From an uncultured Pseudomonadales bacterium (lineage in GTDB: Bacteria > Patescibacteriota > Microgenomatia > UBA1400 > PJMF01), in NCBI GenBank assembly GCA_964393205.1, contig CAYMSV010000002.1:160843-224842 (forward strand): a DNA stretch of 64,000 nucleotides, read 5' to 3'. The notes beneath the pieces were generated by a model. That model had not been told where the DNA came from and made no database searches. It saw only the letters and a program-made list of their open reading frames with translations. Position numbers and translations under genes: made by a program. Shown piece by piece: positions 1 through 10,957 of the stretch (position 1 is the stretch's first letter; the number at the start of each line of letters is the position of its first letter).

Positions 1-1
1 A

Positions 2-400
2 GCTTGTGAATTGTTTAGCTATTTTGAGACACAATGGATAAAACTAAAACCAAGTTTAGTGATTATTAATCTCTCAAGTAATGATGAACAGCTTGGATTA
101 CAATTTGCTTTTGAAGAGGCACTGGAGGATTTTATTAAAATGAGTAAAGATCATAACTTTAGATTAGTTTTTGTAGCAGAAGCAAATAGTATTGAAATAA
201 GTGCAGAATTAGCAACCCATCGGATTATGGATGATATAGCAAAAAAAAATCAGATCATATTTATTGATATGCATGATCACTTACTTAAATACACAAAAAA
301 TGGAATACTATGGTGGGATTTTGTTCACCCTACAAGTTTTGGTCACGAGATAATTGCTAATCATCTTTTCCAAACTTTAAAACCCATAATACTAGATTGA
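2..400 (+). CDS. SGNH/GDSL hydrolase-family protein, C-terminal part (5' truncated by window)
   Basis: Frame is open to the window edge; C-terminal DFVHPT..GH (DxxH catalytic block) and block III-like NLSSND. Confidence 0.7.
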   Translation, partial: ACELFSYFETQWIKLKPSLVIINLSSNDEQLGLQFAFEEALEDFIKMSKDHNFRLVFVAEANSIEISAELATHRIMDDIAKKNQIIFIDMHDHLLKYTKNGILWWDFVHPTSFGHEIIANHLFQTLKPIILD

Positions 401-445
401 TTAAATTAATATTTAATTTAATAATAAAGAATACAGATATCAATT

Positions 446-1942
446 ATGTTCAGTAAAAAGAAATTACTAAAAAAAATAATTTCAAAATATCAAAAGAGAG
501 AGAAACTACTTAATACCTTAGTAATTCTTTCAATATTTTGTTTAGGATTTTACATTCGCTTGTATCTCTATCCAACCAACAGTGTATGGGTTGGTGATGC
601 TGCCAGAGATATGCTCATTGGCCACCTAATTACTTTCAAAAACATGAGTTCTAGATACGGACCTTGGAATACTGGCATAAGTTCTACTTATCCACCTATT
701 TATTATTATTTCATTGCAACTTTAACTGCAATTGCTAAAGGCAATCATAATTCACTAGCTGGACTAATAATATTTTATCAATCGATTGGTATTATTCTAA
801 CTTTTTTAATCATCAAAAAAGAATTTTCCAAAGTTATAGCGCTAGCTGCAAGTCTTTTTTATGCTCTCTCATCAGCATTTATATATCTTAGTATGTTACA
901 AATAAGCGTTTCAAATAGCGTGATAATCGTTCTTATATCGTTGCTTTTTCTTCAATCTGCTTTTAAAAAAGATAAAATAATACACTTAGTAATTAGCGCT
1001 GTTTTGCTTTCACTGGCAAGTAGTTTTTGGTATGGAGCTATGTTTATCTGGCCAATCTATTTGTTAATATATTTACTAAATTTTGACTCACAAAAATCAG
1101 AAGTAGGTAACCTCTTAGGTTTAATTGTTTTTGGACTTAGTGCCATTTTATCCTTTTTCATATTTTTTTCACCAGTCATAGAAGTGGTAACTTTATCAAA
1201 TATCCGTCAACAGTTATTTGGCAACGGCATTAACCAACTCAGTTTATCTAATTTTAAAATTGATAATTTTTTAAAAAGCATTGAATTAACGATCAATATA
1301 CTCCATCCTAAATTAACTACTTTTATGTATTTTATATATGGCCTAATAATCCTTGCTGGCTTAAGTAGCAAAAATAAACACTTCAAAAAACTCACGCTCA
1401 TAGCTCTTTTTGCCTTACTTTTTCATTACATTTTTTATAATATTCATGAAAGTCCTTTGGGTCATTATTTAAATAACGTTTATTTTTTCTTAGCTGCCCT
1501 ACTTATTTATGCTTTAAGAATTGTTCTAGAAAAAAACACCTTAGCTTTTTTATCACTATTTCTGATTATTTTAATCAGCAGTAAATCTTTTGAGCAAGAA
1601 AAACTAGATAGTGATATTTCTTATCAACACTATTCGCAGGTCAGTAATCAGATACATCAAAGCTTTCCAGACTCAAGTATTATTGATGGTGGCGAATTTT
1701 GTCAAAATACCACAAATCATGATTATTGGAATTCAAGAGTTTTTTGGTACTTTCAAAAGGAGAAGCCTTATTTTATATTTGATGATGTATTTACTCAAGT
1801 AGATCTAACGAATACTAATACCGTTTTGTTGTGTTGGCAAAATCTAAACTCTAATCAAATAGACAGTGATTATCTCAACAGGGAAGATGATTTATTAAAA
1901 TTTCAGTTACAAGGTATTGAATATAAAATTTTTGAAAATTGA
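446..1942 (+). CDS. GT-C fold (ArnT/PMT-like) integral membrane glycosyltransferase
   Basis: Many TM segments; N-terminal loop GDAARD and YPPIYYY typical of ArnT/GT39-like proteins. Confidence 0.65.
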   Translation: MFSKKKLLKKIISKYQKREKLLNTLVILSIFCLGFYIRLYLYPTNSVWVGDAARDMLIGHLITFKNMSSRYGPWNTGISSTYPPIYYYFIATLTAIAKGNHNSLAGLIIFYQSIGIILTFLIIKKEFSKVIALAASLFYALSSAFIYLSMLQISVSNSVIIVLISLLFLQSAFKKDKIIHLVISAVLLSLASSFWYGAMFIWPIYLLIYLLNFDSQKSEVGNLLGLIVFGLSAILSFFIFFSPVIEVVTLSNIRQQLFGNGINQLSLSNFKIDNFLKSIELTINILHPKLTTFMYFIYGLIILAGLSSKNKHFKKLTLIALFALLFHYIFYNIHESPLGHYLNNVYFFLAALLIYALRIVLEKNTLAFLSLFLIILISSKSFEQEKLDSDISYQHYSQVSNQIHQSFPDSSIIDGGEFCQNTTNHDYWNSRVFWYFQKEKPYFIFDDVFTQVDLTNTNTVLLCWQNLNSNQIDSDYLNREDDLLKFQLQGIEYKIFEN

Positions 1943-3468
1943 AGATGGAAACTAAAACAAAAAAAAATATAAAAATAGCTAAAGTATTTAATCTTCTTTT
2001 TCAAATAATTATTCTTTTGTATTTTGTCTTGTTGTTGAGATTGATTACTCCACAGCGTCAAGTTGATCCAGATTTTTTTCAGTTTTTAAGAGATAGTAAA
2101 TATTATTTAAGATTAGAATTACCACCTTTAATTCAATCTTTACCGGCGAATCCAATTTTAATTGGCGTTTTTTCAAAATTATTTTCTGATGTTTTAACAG
2201 AAATAGAAATAGCCTTACTAATAAATGCCATTTCAATGAGTACAGCAATTTATGTACTTTACTCAATTTTAAAAAGAGAAAAAGGTATATGGCACGCTGG
2301 CTTAGGCATATTGTTTCTAATAACAAACCCTATAATTTTCGACTCAGCTATTTCTAGTAACTCTGAGGTGTTGTTTACTGCGTTTAGCTTACTAATATTT
2401 TATTTAATATGGAAAAATAAAACTCTATTGGCTAGTTGCTTAAGTGCTTTGGGCATATTGATTAGATATGAATCTATCTTATTATTTTTAAGTCTTATCT
2501 TAATTGACTTTTTAGACAGGCGTGACTTAAAAGATCTATTAAAAAAAGTTTTAATATTTTTAATTCCAGCCATGATTTTATTAAGCATATTAATGACTAG
2601 AAATCCATCCAACAGTTTTTTTGGTACTCCTTTCTTAGTAGAAGTGTCTCAAAGGTCGAGTGATATTCCTGAGTTAAGATTTATAATTAATTTTCCATTC
2701 GCTTTTTTTTACAAACAAAGATTGTTGTTTAGTAGAGTAAGTTTTATAAAAATCACTGTTGCCTTTGTTTTTTATTTATTAGTCTTTTTTTTACAAAAAA
2801 ATAATAAAAAAAGCAATAATTTAATCAAAAGTTCTCTGTTATTTACCTGCCTATTCTTAATTTTTCATACTTTTTTCCCTGCCTATTTGGAGAGATATTT
2901 TGTGCCCGCTCTTTTTAGTTTCGTCTTATCAATTAGCCTGAGTATAAAAAACTCAAGCAGCAATCTTAAGAAAGTATTTATTTTTATTTTGTTAATAATT
3001 ATCACCACTAATTTTTGGAAAGGTCTTCAAAAATTTTTTATCAATGAATATAACATTTTCTACAGTCATGATTATTTCACGGCACAAAGCATTAAAAATA
3101 AAATCACAATAGACCAGCAAAAATATATTATCTTATCCCCCTATCCAGAAACACTTGAGTACTATTACAGCGACCGTCAAGATATTTCTTTAATAACTGT
3201 AGAAGAAATAGAACAAAACAATGTTTACAGTAATTTAGCAGATGCCATTGCTAAATATGAAGAAATAAATAATATTAAAATCTTAATACCCTACAACAAT
3301 ATATTTGATTGGGGAATTCATGGAAAATATGATAATTCTTTAAGAAAATGGTATGAAACAATAGGCTTATATAGGTTGGGAGATTTCATTAATTCGGATA
3401 AAAGTTGTTTGTGGTATGAAGAGGGACCATCGCACAATTTTACCAAGGTATATATACTTTGCCCTTAA
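1939..3468 (+). CDS. GT-C fold membrane glycosyltransferase-like protein
   Basis: Polytopic; DPDF loop after first TM, SEVLF, IRYES and ERYFVP motifs; overlaps previous gene by 4 nt. Confidence 0.6.
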   Translation: MKMETKTKKNIKIAKVFNLLFQIIILLYFVLLLRLITPQRQVDPDFFQFLRDSKYYLRLELPPLIQSLPANPILIGVFSKLFSDVLTEIEIALLINAISMSTAIYVLYSILKREKGIWHAGLGILFLITNPIIFDSAISSNSEVLFTAFSLLIFYLIWKNKTLLASCLSALGILIRYESILLFLSLILIDFLDRRDLKDLLKKVLIFLIPAMILLSILMTRNPSNSFFGTPFLVEVSQRSSDIPELRFIINFPFAFFYKQRLLFSRVSFIKITVAFVFYLLVFFLQKNNKKSNNLIKSSLLFTCLFLIFHTFFPAYLERYFVPALFSFVLSISLSIKNSSSNLKKVFIFILLIIITTNFWKGLQKFFINEYNIFYSHDYFTAQSIKNKITIDQQKYIILSPYPETLEYYYSDRQDISLITVEEIEQNNVYSNLADAIAKYEEINNIKILIPYNNIFDWGIHGKYDNSLRKWYETIGLYRLGDFINSDKSCLWYEEGPSHNFTKVYILCP

Positions 3469-3485
3469 AAAAATTGTAAAAAATA

Positions 3486-4484
3486 TTATTTACTTCTTTC
3501 TTTTTCCTCTATCCATCTATAAGTTTTTTTCATACCCTCGTGCAAATCAACTTCTGGCTCCCAATTAAGATATTTTTTTATCAAGCTGTTATCGCTACTT
3601 CTACCACGAACCCCTTGTGGAGCATCTAAATTATACTGACGATTCAATTTAATTTCAGCAATTTTTTCTATTATTGACAGCAATTCATTGATTGTTACCA
3701 ATTCACTTCTACCTAAATTAATTGGCTCATCAATTTCACTATGCATGATTAAATCAATACCTTTAACACAATCATCAATATACATAAAAGTTCTTGTCTG
3801 TTGACCGTCACCCCAAATTTCGATATTTTTCTTTTTATTAATTTTAGCTTCTATTACTTTCCTGCATAAAGCAGCCGGTGCTTTTTCTCGACCACCTTTG
3901 TACTCACCAAAAGGTCCATAAACATTGTGAAAACGAGCCACTCTTGTTACTAAATTAAAATCTTCACTAAAATGACGACACATTCGTTCGGAAAAAAGCT
4001 TTTCCCAACCATATCCATCTTCTGGCATGGCCGGATAAGCATCGCTCTCCTTCAATTCAATAACATTACTGTTGGATTGTTTATTCAAAGGATAAATACA
4101 AGCTGAAGAAGAGTAGAAAAATCTTTTTACTCCAAATTTAGCTGCTGCCATCAACATGTGGGTATTAATTAAAACATTAAGCATACACAAGCCCTTATTG
4201 TTTTCAATAAAACCCATACCACCCATGTCAGCAGCCAAATTATAAACTTCGTCGATACCCTTGCTGACAATTTGGCAATTTTTGAAATCCTTCAGATCGG
4301 AAACTACATTTTCTGCATTTCTATTAACTTGTTGCCACTCAGCCAGAGGTTTAATATCTACCGCTCTAATTTCTGTATTTTGTTGAAGATCAAAATAATT
4401 GACTAAATGACCACCAATAAAACCACCAGCCCCAGTAATTAAAATTTTTGTTTTTTTAGCATTGTTGTTTTTATTATGTTTCAT
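3486..4484 (-). CDS. NAD-dependent epimerase, GDP-mannose 3',5'-epimerase-like
   Basis: TGAGGFIG Rossmann motif, AADMGGMGFI, SSACIYP, YGWEK (YxxxK), GGREKAPAALCRK. Confidence 0.85.
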   Translation of the reverse strand: MKHNKNNNAKKTKILITGAGGFIGGHLVNYFDLQQNTEIRAVDIKPLAEWQQVNRNAENVVSDLKDFKNCQIVSKGIDEVYNLAADMGGMGFIENNKGLCMLNVLINTHMLMAAAKFGVKRFFYSSSACIYPLNKQSNSNVIELKESDAYPAMPEDGYGWEKLFSERMCRHFSEDFNLVTRVARFHNVYGPFGEYKGGREKAPAALCRKVIEAKINKKKNIEIWGDGQQTRTFMYIDDCVKGIDLIMHSEIDEPINLGRSELVTINELLSIIEKIAEIKLNRQYNLDAPQGVRGRSSDNSLIKKYLNWEPEVDLHEGMKKTYRWIEEKERSK

Positions 4485-4492
4485 TTTATCTT

Positions 4493-5611
4493 TTAATCGA
4501 TAACAGACATTATCTCATTCAATTTATTTTCCCAAGAATTTACTAAAGCTATTTTCCTTTGCTTTTGCTGTTGTTTTTTTGACCAATCCTGATTTAGTAG
4601 CTGAAAAATCAGCTTTTGCCAATCATCTCGTGAATAAGCAATTTTAACAAAATTAGGAAATTTTTGTAGCTCCTTAATATTACTGCTGATCACCGGCTTA
4701 CCAGCATAAAAATATTCGAATAATTTCATTGGATAACAATAGCGATTAAATACTAAAGATGCATCATAAGGAATAATTGCAAGATCAAAGGTCTCAATAA
4801 AAGACAAGATTTTATTTCTCTCTTGCTTATCATAATGGAAAAAATTTGGATGAGTTAAAAGCTGATTAAATTTTTCTTTTAAAAGTAATAAATCAGAGTC
4901 TTGACTAACGTTGGGCTCATAGTGCAAAGGACCAATAAAAACAAAGCTTAAATTTGGGTTATTTTTAAGCAAATCATCTAACAATAAAAAATCTAAACGC
5001 ATACTTATCTGTCCCACAAAACCTATAATTGGCTTGTTATCAGGTACCTTAACACTCTTTTTGGCTCTTTTTTTGAAAGTTTGATAATCGAACCCTTGTT
5101 TTACCAAGTGAATTTCTTTATCAGTTTCATTTTCATATAATTTTTTTAAACTTTTCGATATAGAAAAAATATAATCAGCGCTGTCCAGTATTTTTTTCTT
5201 TTGTGTTTGTAGTTTTTGATAAGCATCAGAATCAAAAGAAAAGTGAAAATCAACAATATCAAAAACAATTGAAAAAGCAAAAAATCTCAAACTTAATAAA
5301 TCTGCCAATTGAGGAAAAAAGATCCATAGATAACGTCTCTTTAAAGGAAATTTCAAAGAAAACCAAAGTCCTAATAAGAATTTGTATAAATGCTGATTTA
5401 TTTTTTTAATAAGAGTAAATCTACTAAATGGCAAACAATTAAAAGGCTTTATCTGCCTTATGTTTTTATTTTTCTTAAACTCTTGCTGATTAAAATTAAT
5501 AATATAAACTTGATTGTTTTTAGATAAACCCAGTGCTGTTTGCCAAACAAAATCACAAACTTGTTGCCCTCCAGATAAATCAGGAATTAAGATTAAAGCA
5601 TTCTTTAGCAT
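4493..5611 (-). CDS. GT-B glycosyltransferase (GT4/TuaH-like)
   Basis: IGFVGQI..RLD and PMKLFEYFYAGKPVIS signature. Confidence 0.8.
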   Translation of the reverse strand: MLKNALILIPDLSGGQQVCDFVWQTALGLSKNNQVYIINFNQQEFKKNKNIRQIKPFNCLPFSRFTLIKKINQHLYKFLLGLWFSLKFPLKRRYLWIFFPQLADLLSLRFFAFSIVFDIVDFHFSFDSDAYQKLQTQKKKILDSADYIFSISKSLKKLYENETDKEIHLVKQGFDYQTFKKRAKKSVKVPDNKPIIGFVGQISMRLDFLLLDDLLKNNPNLSFVFIGPLHYEPNVSQDSDLLLLKEKFNQLLTHPNFFHYDKQERNKILSFIETFDLAIIPYDASLVFNRYCYPMKLFEYFYAGKPVISSNIKELQKFPNFVKIAYSRDDWQKLIFQLLNQDWSKKQQQKQRKIALVNSWENKLNEIMSVID

Positions 5612-5617
5612 TGGTTT

Positions 5618-5630
5618 ATTATATTATAAT
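5618..5630. promoter_or_regulatory. Overlapping back-to-back -10 elements of a divergent gene pair
   Basis: TATAAT on - strand (5618-5623) 6 nt before ATG 5611; TATAAT on + strand (5625-5630) 10 nt before ATG 5641; the gap is only 29 bp. Confidence 0.6.
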
Positions 5631-5640
5631 AACAATTCTA

Positions 5641-6540
5641 ATGAAAAATTCAGTCTTACCAGTCAGCATTGCTATCATAACCAAAAATAGACCAATCAAG
5701 TTAAAGAGATGTTTATTAAGCTTAAAAGAACAGAGTTTTAAATTGTTCACCATCATTATTGTGGATAATGATGATAAGCAATCTGCACTTCCAATTACCC
5801 AAGACAAATTGTTCAACAAGTTAAAAATTGAATACCATCATTTACCCAAAAAAACTGTACCTGCTTGCCGTAATCAAGCAATGAAGTTTAACCAAAATCC
5901 TTATTTGGCTTTTATTGATGATGATTGTGTAGCAGACAAAAACTGGCTTAAAAAAGCTCTAGAAACAGTCTCTGATACAAAATCAAAATATGTCTTAGGA
6001 GTTACTAAATTATTAAATACCCAAAATATTTTTGCTATTGCTCAACACGCTAGAGATAATTTTTGGAAAGAATACAATGGCCAATTATTAGATACTAAAA
6101 ATTTATTGCTTGACGCTACTTTTTTCAAAAAAAAGAAATTAAAGTTTGATGAAAAATGTCAAAGCTTATATTATGATTCAGCCGATTTTGATTTAGATTT
6201 TCAAGTTAAAAAAGAAGAGATCAAAGGAGCTTACACATCAGAAATGTTGGTTTATCATGAAGAAACTGATTCTTTTGCTAAATTTAAATGCCGAGCTTTT
6301 CACCGTGGGAAATTAGCCAAATATTTAAACGGTAAGTGGAAGCTCAACGATAACTTGGTTAATCTAAAAGACCAATTGTTCTTATTATTTTTTTTACGTG
6401 TCATTAAAAATTTTGTTAAAGATTATCAAAAATATAAAGAACACATGGAATGTAATGCTTTTTTAAAAAAAATTTTTGCTACTTGCTTGATTAAAAACTT
6501 TGAAAGACACTACTTACTAGGTTATGTGGCAAAAAATTAA
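5641..6540 (+). CDS. GT2 family glycosyltransferase
   Basis: SIAIITKNR, IVDND, RN, AFIDDDC; start moved to ATG 5641 to avoid overlap with the divergent gene. Confidence 0.85.
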   Translation: MKNSVLPVSIAIITKNRPIKLKRCLLSLKEQSFKLFTIIIVDNDDKQSALPITQDKLFNKLKIEYHHLPKKTVPACRNQAMKFNQNPYLAFIDDDCVADKNWLKKALETVSDTKSKYVLGVTKLLNTQNIFAIAQHARDNFWKEYNGQLLDTKNLLLDATFFKKKKLKFDEKCQSLYYDSADFDLDFQVKKEEIKGAYTSEMLVYHEETDSFAKFKCRAFHRGKLAKYLNGKWKLNDNLVNLKDQLFLLFFLRVIKNFVKDYQKYKEHMECNAFLKKIFATCLIKNFERHYLLGYVAKN

Positions 6541-8005
6541 AAAATCAACTGATTTACTTGCGGTTTTATCCTGCTTGCTATTTTTATTAGTCACCAGCCT
6601 GTTGCCTAATGTAAAAAGTTTTTTTGCCCTATCTTTTGTATTTCTATTTTTTTTAACTTGGCGTTATTCTTTTAGTAAAGCAATCATTTATGTCGCCCCT
6701 ATATTAACTACTCTTTGGATAGGTCAATCCCATTCGACTCTAGTTGTCCCTGCAAAAGCCATAGTTGTTCATCAGTATTTTGAAGGTCGACACTTATCTT
6801 GGACTTTTACTCCTTATTTAATGATTGCCACTGTCGCTCTACTTCTAATTCCATTTTGGCAAAGAATATACAAAAACAAAGTGAAATTGTTAATTCATGA
6901 GAAACTAATAATTATTGTAGCTGCTAGTGGGTTTTTATCTGCTATTTATGGGGCCGTATTATTAGAAATTAGTCTTTTTTTTGTTTTTAATAGTTTTTTA
7001 TCAGTGATTTGGACCTATTATTTGATCTTATTAAAAAATAATTTAAATAAAAAAGAGTTTTATAGATTGCTCACTACTTTTTTATTTATATGGCTCATTT
7101 TAGTCAACTACGAAAGCATTCTTGTTTTAGCACAAGTATTATTTAAACGACCAATTGGCTTAATCGTAGAAACTACAAAAACAGCTCCGATTTTTGGCCT
7201 AGGAGCAGACGAAGGCTCAGGCGGATTTCGTCCTTTCGGTCTAGCTTACCACCCCAATGGCTTAGCTAACAAACATCTCATTTACATATTCTTATTGGCT
7301 TTTATTAAATTTTATTTAAAAAAGCTAACAGCTCCCTTTAAAGACTTTGTTAATTGGACAATCTTAGGTTCAATAATTGTTATATTACTTACTTTAAGTA
7401 GGGCCGCTTATTTGGCTTTAATTATCAGTGTTCTGTTTATCTATTTTAGACACTCAAAATTTTTTAATAATCAACTCTCAACTTGGAAAAAAAAGCTAAA
7501 CAAGATTAGCAGGGTTCATAAGTTTTTGTTTTTATTAATTGCACTTTTTCTATTTAGTAAATTTAGCAGTCGCCTACTTAATTCAATTTACAGTTTTAGT
7601 GGTTGGGGAGGTTTTAGCACCAGATTAATACAATATCAAGAAGCTTGGGAAATATTTAAAAAAAGTCCATTTTTAGGTATTGGTGATCAAATGTTTGTTC
7701 CTATTGCTTACCAGCTTTTCCCAAAAGGAGTTGTCACCTACTTTCCAGAAAATGTTCATCAAGGATTCTTATTATTTATGATAGAAAGGGGCATTTTTGG
7801 TTTATTAGTATATTTATTGTTTTTTTATTATTTTTTAAAACATCTAATAAAATTAGATACTATTAGCAGCATCAATAAAACAATGTTATACTCTGGAATA
7901 ATAGGAAGTTTTATAATAATGTTTTTTCATCCAGAAAGAAATTTATTGAATACTTTATTCCTAATTGGAATCTCACTAACACACTATGAAAAAAAAACTA
8001 TTTAA
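6524..8005 (+). CDS. O-antigen ligase / Wzy_C family membrane protein (possible oligosaccharyltransferase)
   Basis: Polytopic; RPFG..HPN, TLSRAAY, R..Y..AW..F..SPFLGIG, VHQ..L..ERGIFG. Confidence 0.8.
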   Translation: MWQKIKKSTDLLAVLSCLLFLLVTSLLPNVKSFFALSFVFLFFLTWRYSFSKAIIYVAPILTTLWIGQSHSTLVVPAKAIVVHQYFEGRHLSWTFTPYLMIATVALLLIPFWQRIYKNKVKLLIHEKLIIIVAASGFLSAIYGAVLLEISLFFVFNSFLSVIWTYYLILLKNNLNKKEFYRLLTTFLFIWLILVNYESILVLAQVLFKRPIGLIVETTKTAPIFGLGADEGSGGFRPFGLAYHPNGLANKHLIYIFLLAFIKFYLKKLTAPFKDFVNWTILGSIIVILLTLSRAAYLALIISVLFIYFRHSKFFNNQLSTWKKKLNKISRVHKFLFLLIALFLFSKFSSRLLNSIYSFSGWGGFSTRLIQYQEAWEIFKKSPFLGIGDQMFVPIAYQLFPKGVVTYFPENVHQGFLLFMIERGIFGLLVYLLFFYYFLKHLIKLDTISSINKTMLYSGIIGSFIIMFFHPERNLLNTLFLIGISLTHYEKKTI

Positions 8006-8852
8006 GAAAACCAATAAAAATAAACATAAAGTCTTTGACTTAATAGCTTTATTTGCTATCTTTTTTATTACAGCTAGTATTTATTTTTTATTTAGTAGGA
8101 AAACAGAATATTTATATATCACCATTAGACTTTTTAATCATGAATACCCTGAAAATTACATTGATACCAACCAACCAAAGGCATGGTATGTAGAGCAAAT
8201 TGTTCCAGGAAAATCACAGAAAAATCAACTAGGTGAAACTCTAATAGAGGTTGCTGATGTTTATAGCTACCCCAGCGCTTATGTTTTTAATGATGTTTAT
8301 GTTACTTTAAAGGTTAAAGCTATTCAAAATAAAGTAACTAAACAATATCTTTACGAAGGCGTTCCACTGTTAATACATGATGTTAGATCTTTTAAAGTAA
8401 AGGATCTACTTATCAGTGGAGAAATTATTGATCTTTTTGAAAGAAAAAGAGATTTAAAAAGTTTTAAATTAGTTTTAAAAATCAAAGCAAATGAAAAAAA
8501 CATTGATTACATCAATAACAGTCAATTATTGATTAAAGGAATAGACAATCACATCGCTAATTTACTAAAAGAAGGTAACACAGTAAAAGATAGTGAAAAC
8601 ACTACTTTGGTAGAAGTCACTAAGGTAGAAAAAAAGCCTGGAGAAAGAGAGCTTGCCAGTACAAATGGCATTATAAAGATAATAGATCCGGAAAGAACTC
8701 AAGTTTATTTACATGTGAATTTATTAGCTGAAAATATTAATGACTATTATTTTTATCGCAAAAAAGAAAGCTTATTGGTTGGTGAAAACCTGTGGTTAAA
8801 TTTTGATCAGGTAACTGTTATTGGTGAAATTATATCAATTGAAGAAAATTGA
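7986..8852 (+). CDS. Membrane-anchored protein with two DUF4330-like beta domains
   Basis: N-terminal TM; two similar halves (V.G....N..GE..IEV..V / L.EG.TVKD.....VEV.KV). Confidence 0.45.
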   Translation: MKKKLFKKTNKNKHKVFDLIALFAIFFITASIYFLFSRKTEYLYITIRLFNHEYPENYIDTNQPKAWYVEQIVPGKSQKNQLGETLIEVADVYSYPSAYVFNDVYVTLKVKAIQNKVTKQYLYEGVPLLIHDVRSFKVKDLLISGEIIDLFERKRDLKSFKLVLKIKANEKNIDYINNSQLLIKGIDNHIANLLKEGNTVKDSENTTLVEVTKVEKKPGERELASTNGIIKIIDPERTQVYLHVNLLAENINDYYFYRKKESLLVGENLWLNFDQVTVIGEIISIEEN

Positions 8853-8877
8853 TATCTGTTATTAGAAACACTTTTCT

Positions 8878-9741
8878 ATGAAGAAATTACCAAAAATTTC
8901 TATTGTTACTCCATCTTACAATCAAGGAAAATTTATTGAAGAAACGATTCAATCAGTTTTAAATCAAGACTATCCTAATTTCGAATACCTAATAATAGAC
9001 GGAGGTTCGAGTGATCAAAGTTTGGAAATTATCAAAAAATATCAAAAGAAAATTGATTATTTTGAAAGCAAAAAAGACCGAGGACAATCCCATGCCATTA
9101 ATAAAGGTTTTGCAAAAACTGATGGTGAGATTATGGCTTGGATTAATAGCGACGATATCATTAGACCAGGCACTCTTAAGCTAGTGGCTAGTATTTTTGC
9201 AAAATTTCCAGAAATAGATTGGTTGACAAGTTTACCATCTACCATAAACGAAACTGGACATCTCATATATTTAGCTAAAAAGCCTTTATATATAAGATTT
9301 CTAATTAAAAAAGGATTATATACCAGAAAATTATTAGGTTTCATTATGCAAGAAGGAACCTTTTGGCGAAGATCACTATGGGAAAAAACTGGCAGTAAAT
9401 TAGATGAGGTGCCTTATTCAATGGACATGAAGCTTTGGCAGAAATTTGCACAACATAGTCAACTCTATTGCGTTGATGCCTGTTTAGCTTCATATCGACT
9501 TAATCCTAATCGAAAAAACAATGATCAGCACCGAAAATATTACGCCGAAATAAATGATAAAACACCAATTGTCTTAGCAACAATAATCAAAGTTATATGG
9601 AGACAGATAGCAAAACTTATTCACTTATGTAAATTAAGTCCAAGCATATACTTCAATCAAGAAAAAAACACTTGGTTTTTTAGAAAAAACTTATTTAATG
9701 TAAAAGGCTTCAAGCTCTTGAGCAATAGTGCGCCAAGATAG
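8878..9741 (+). CDS. GT2 family glycosyltransferase
   Basis: ISIVTPSYNQ, IIDGGSSD, D.GQSHAINKG, WINSDD. Confidence 0.9.
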   Translation: MKKLPKISIVTPSYNQGKFIEETIQSVLNQDYPNFEYLIIDGGSSDQSLEIIKKYQKKIDYFESKKDRGQSHAINKGFAKTDGEIMAWINSDDIIRPGTLKLVASIFAKFPEIDWLTSLPSTINETGHLIYLAKKPLYIRFLIKKGLYTRKLLGFIMQEGTFWRRSLWEKTGSKLDEVPYSMDMKLWQKFAQHSQLYCVDACLASYRLNPNRKNNDQHRKYYAEINDKTPIVLATIIKVIWRQIAKLIHLCKLSPSIYFNQEKNTWFFRKNLFNVKGFKLLSNSAPR

Positions 9742-10857
9742 TTTATCAGCTAATGACCTAGCATTTTTGCCCAGTTGTTTTAATTTATTTGTTTGTTTAA
9801 GACTTTTATCTATCGCGGAAGCAAACTTTTTGGGTGTCTCTGGTGCTAAAATGCCAACTTTTTCCTGAGTCAACAATTTCTTAACTTCGCCAGTTGGATT
9901 AGCAATTGTAGGTCTACCAACTGCCAAATAATCTCCTAGTTTATTGGGAAATTTACCCCTATTGATTTCTTTATCTGCAAAGGGTAAAAGCATTAAATCA
10001 CCAGTCGACAAATATAAACTTAACAAATCTCTATCAACAACTCCTTGATATATGACCTTATTATTTAAATTTTTATGAACCTTTATTTGCCTCTCGAAAG
10101 CTGGTATTGGAGGACCCAATAACATTAATAGCACGTCTTTCCTTAAACAATTTAATTCTATAAAGGTTTTAGCTAATAATTCTTCATCATAAGTACCAAC
10201 ATATAAATAAACCAATATTTTCTTTGTTTGACTCAAACCCAGTTTGCGTCTTGCAACGAATTTTGACATGGTTTTGATACCCTTAATATTAGCCCCAACA
10301 CCTAGAAAAAATACATTATCTTTGTTTTTTCTAATTAATTTAGCTTTTTTAACTAAATCATCACTAATTGCTGTAACAGCAAAAGCTAAACGAATAAAAA
10401 GACGCTCAGCGTAATGATCAAAATTAGCTGTTAAAAAACTAAAAGGTCCATAGCGACGATCAGCTATACCTCCTCTTCCCCAAAGGTCGGCCCAGTCCAA
10501 AAACCACTTTGTTTTTGGAAAAAAGCAAGATTTAATCAAAGCAGGAATAGTCGCTGCTGGCCGGTGATTGAAACTTTGAATAACATCACATTTTGAAAAG
10601 AAAATAGCCACACTTCTAAAACAAATATCAAAAATATCATTTCCTCCTTTTCGAAAACGATAAGGCATTAAACCTATTGATTCTACGACCTTCACACCCT
10701 TTTCATAACTTACTTTTGGTAAAAAACTAATTTTTTTGGCACTAGTCCACAAAGTTACTTGGTGCCCTAGCTCAGTTAATCCCTGCGCTAAAGATAGGGA
10801 GCGCAAATAACTTCCACCAATTTCTTTAGCCTCATAGGTTAAAAAAACTATTTTCAT
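9691..10857 (-). CDS. GT4 family glycosyltransferase
   Basis: MKIVFL..GG..R..LA..L...GHQV and FPNKLGDYLAVGRP; start moved to ATG 10857, 7 nt after TATAAT. Confidence 0.85.
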   Translation of the reverse strand: MKIVFLTYEAKEIGGSYLRSLSLAQGLTELGHQVTLWTSAKKISFLPKVSYEKGVKVVESIGLMPYRFRKGGNDIFDICFRSVAIFFSKCDVIQSFNHRPAATIPALIKSCFFPKTKWFLDWADLWGRGGIADRRYGPFSFLTANFDHYAERLFIRLAFAVTAISDDLVKKAKLIRKNKDNVFFLGVGANIKGIKTMSKFVARRKLGLSQTKKILVYLYVGTYDEELLAKTFIELNCLRKDVLLMLLGPPIPAFERQIKVHKNLNNKVIYQGVVDRDLLSLYLSTGDLMLLPFADKEINRGKFPNKLGDYLAVGRPTIANPTGEVKKLLTQEKVGILAPETPKKFASAIDKSLKQTNKLKQLGKNARSLADKLSWRTIAQELEAFYIK

Positions 10858-10957
10858 CTGCTTGATTATAAAGCGCAATCGCAACATTGCACAACATAAA
10901 GTAAAAGAATTTCATCTAGCCAGTGACTAAATAAACAAAATCACTTATCATAAGATC

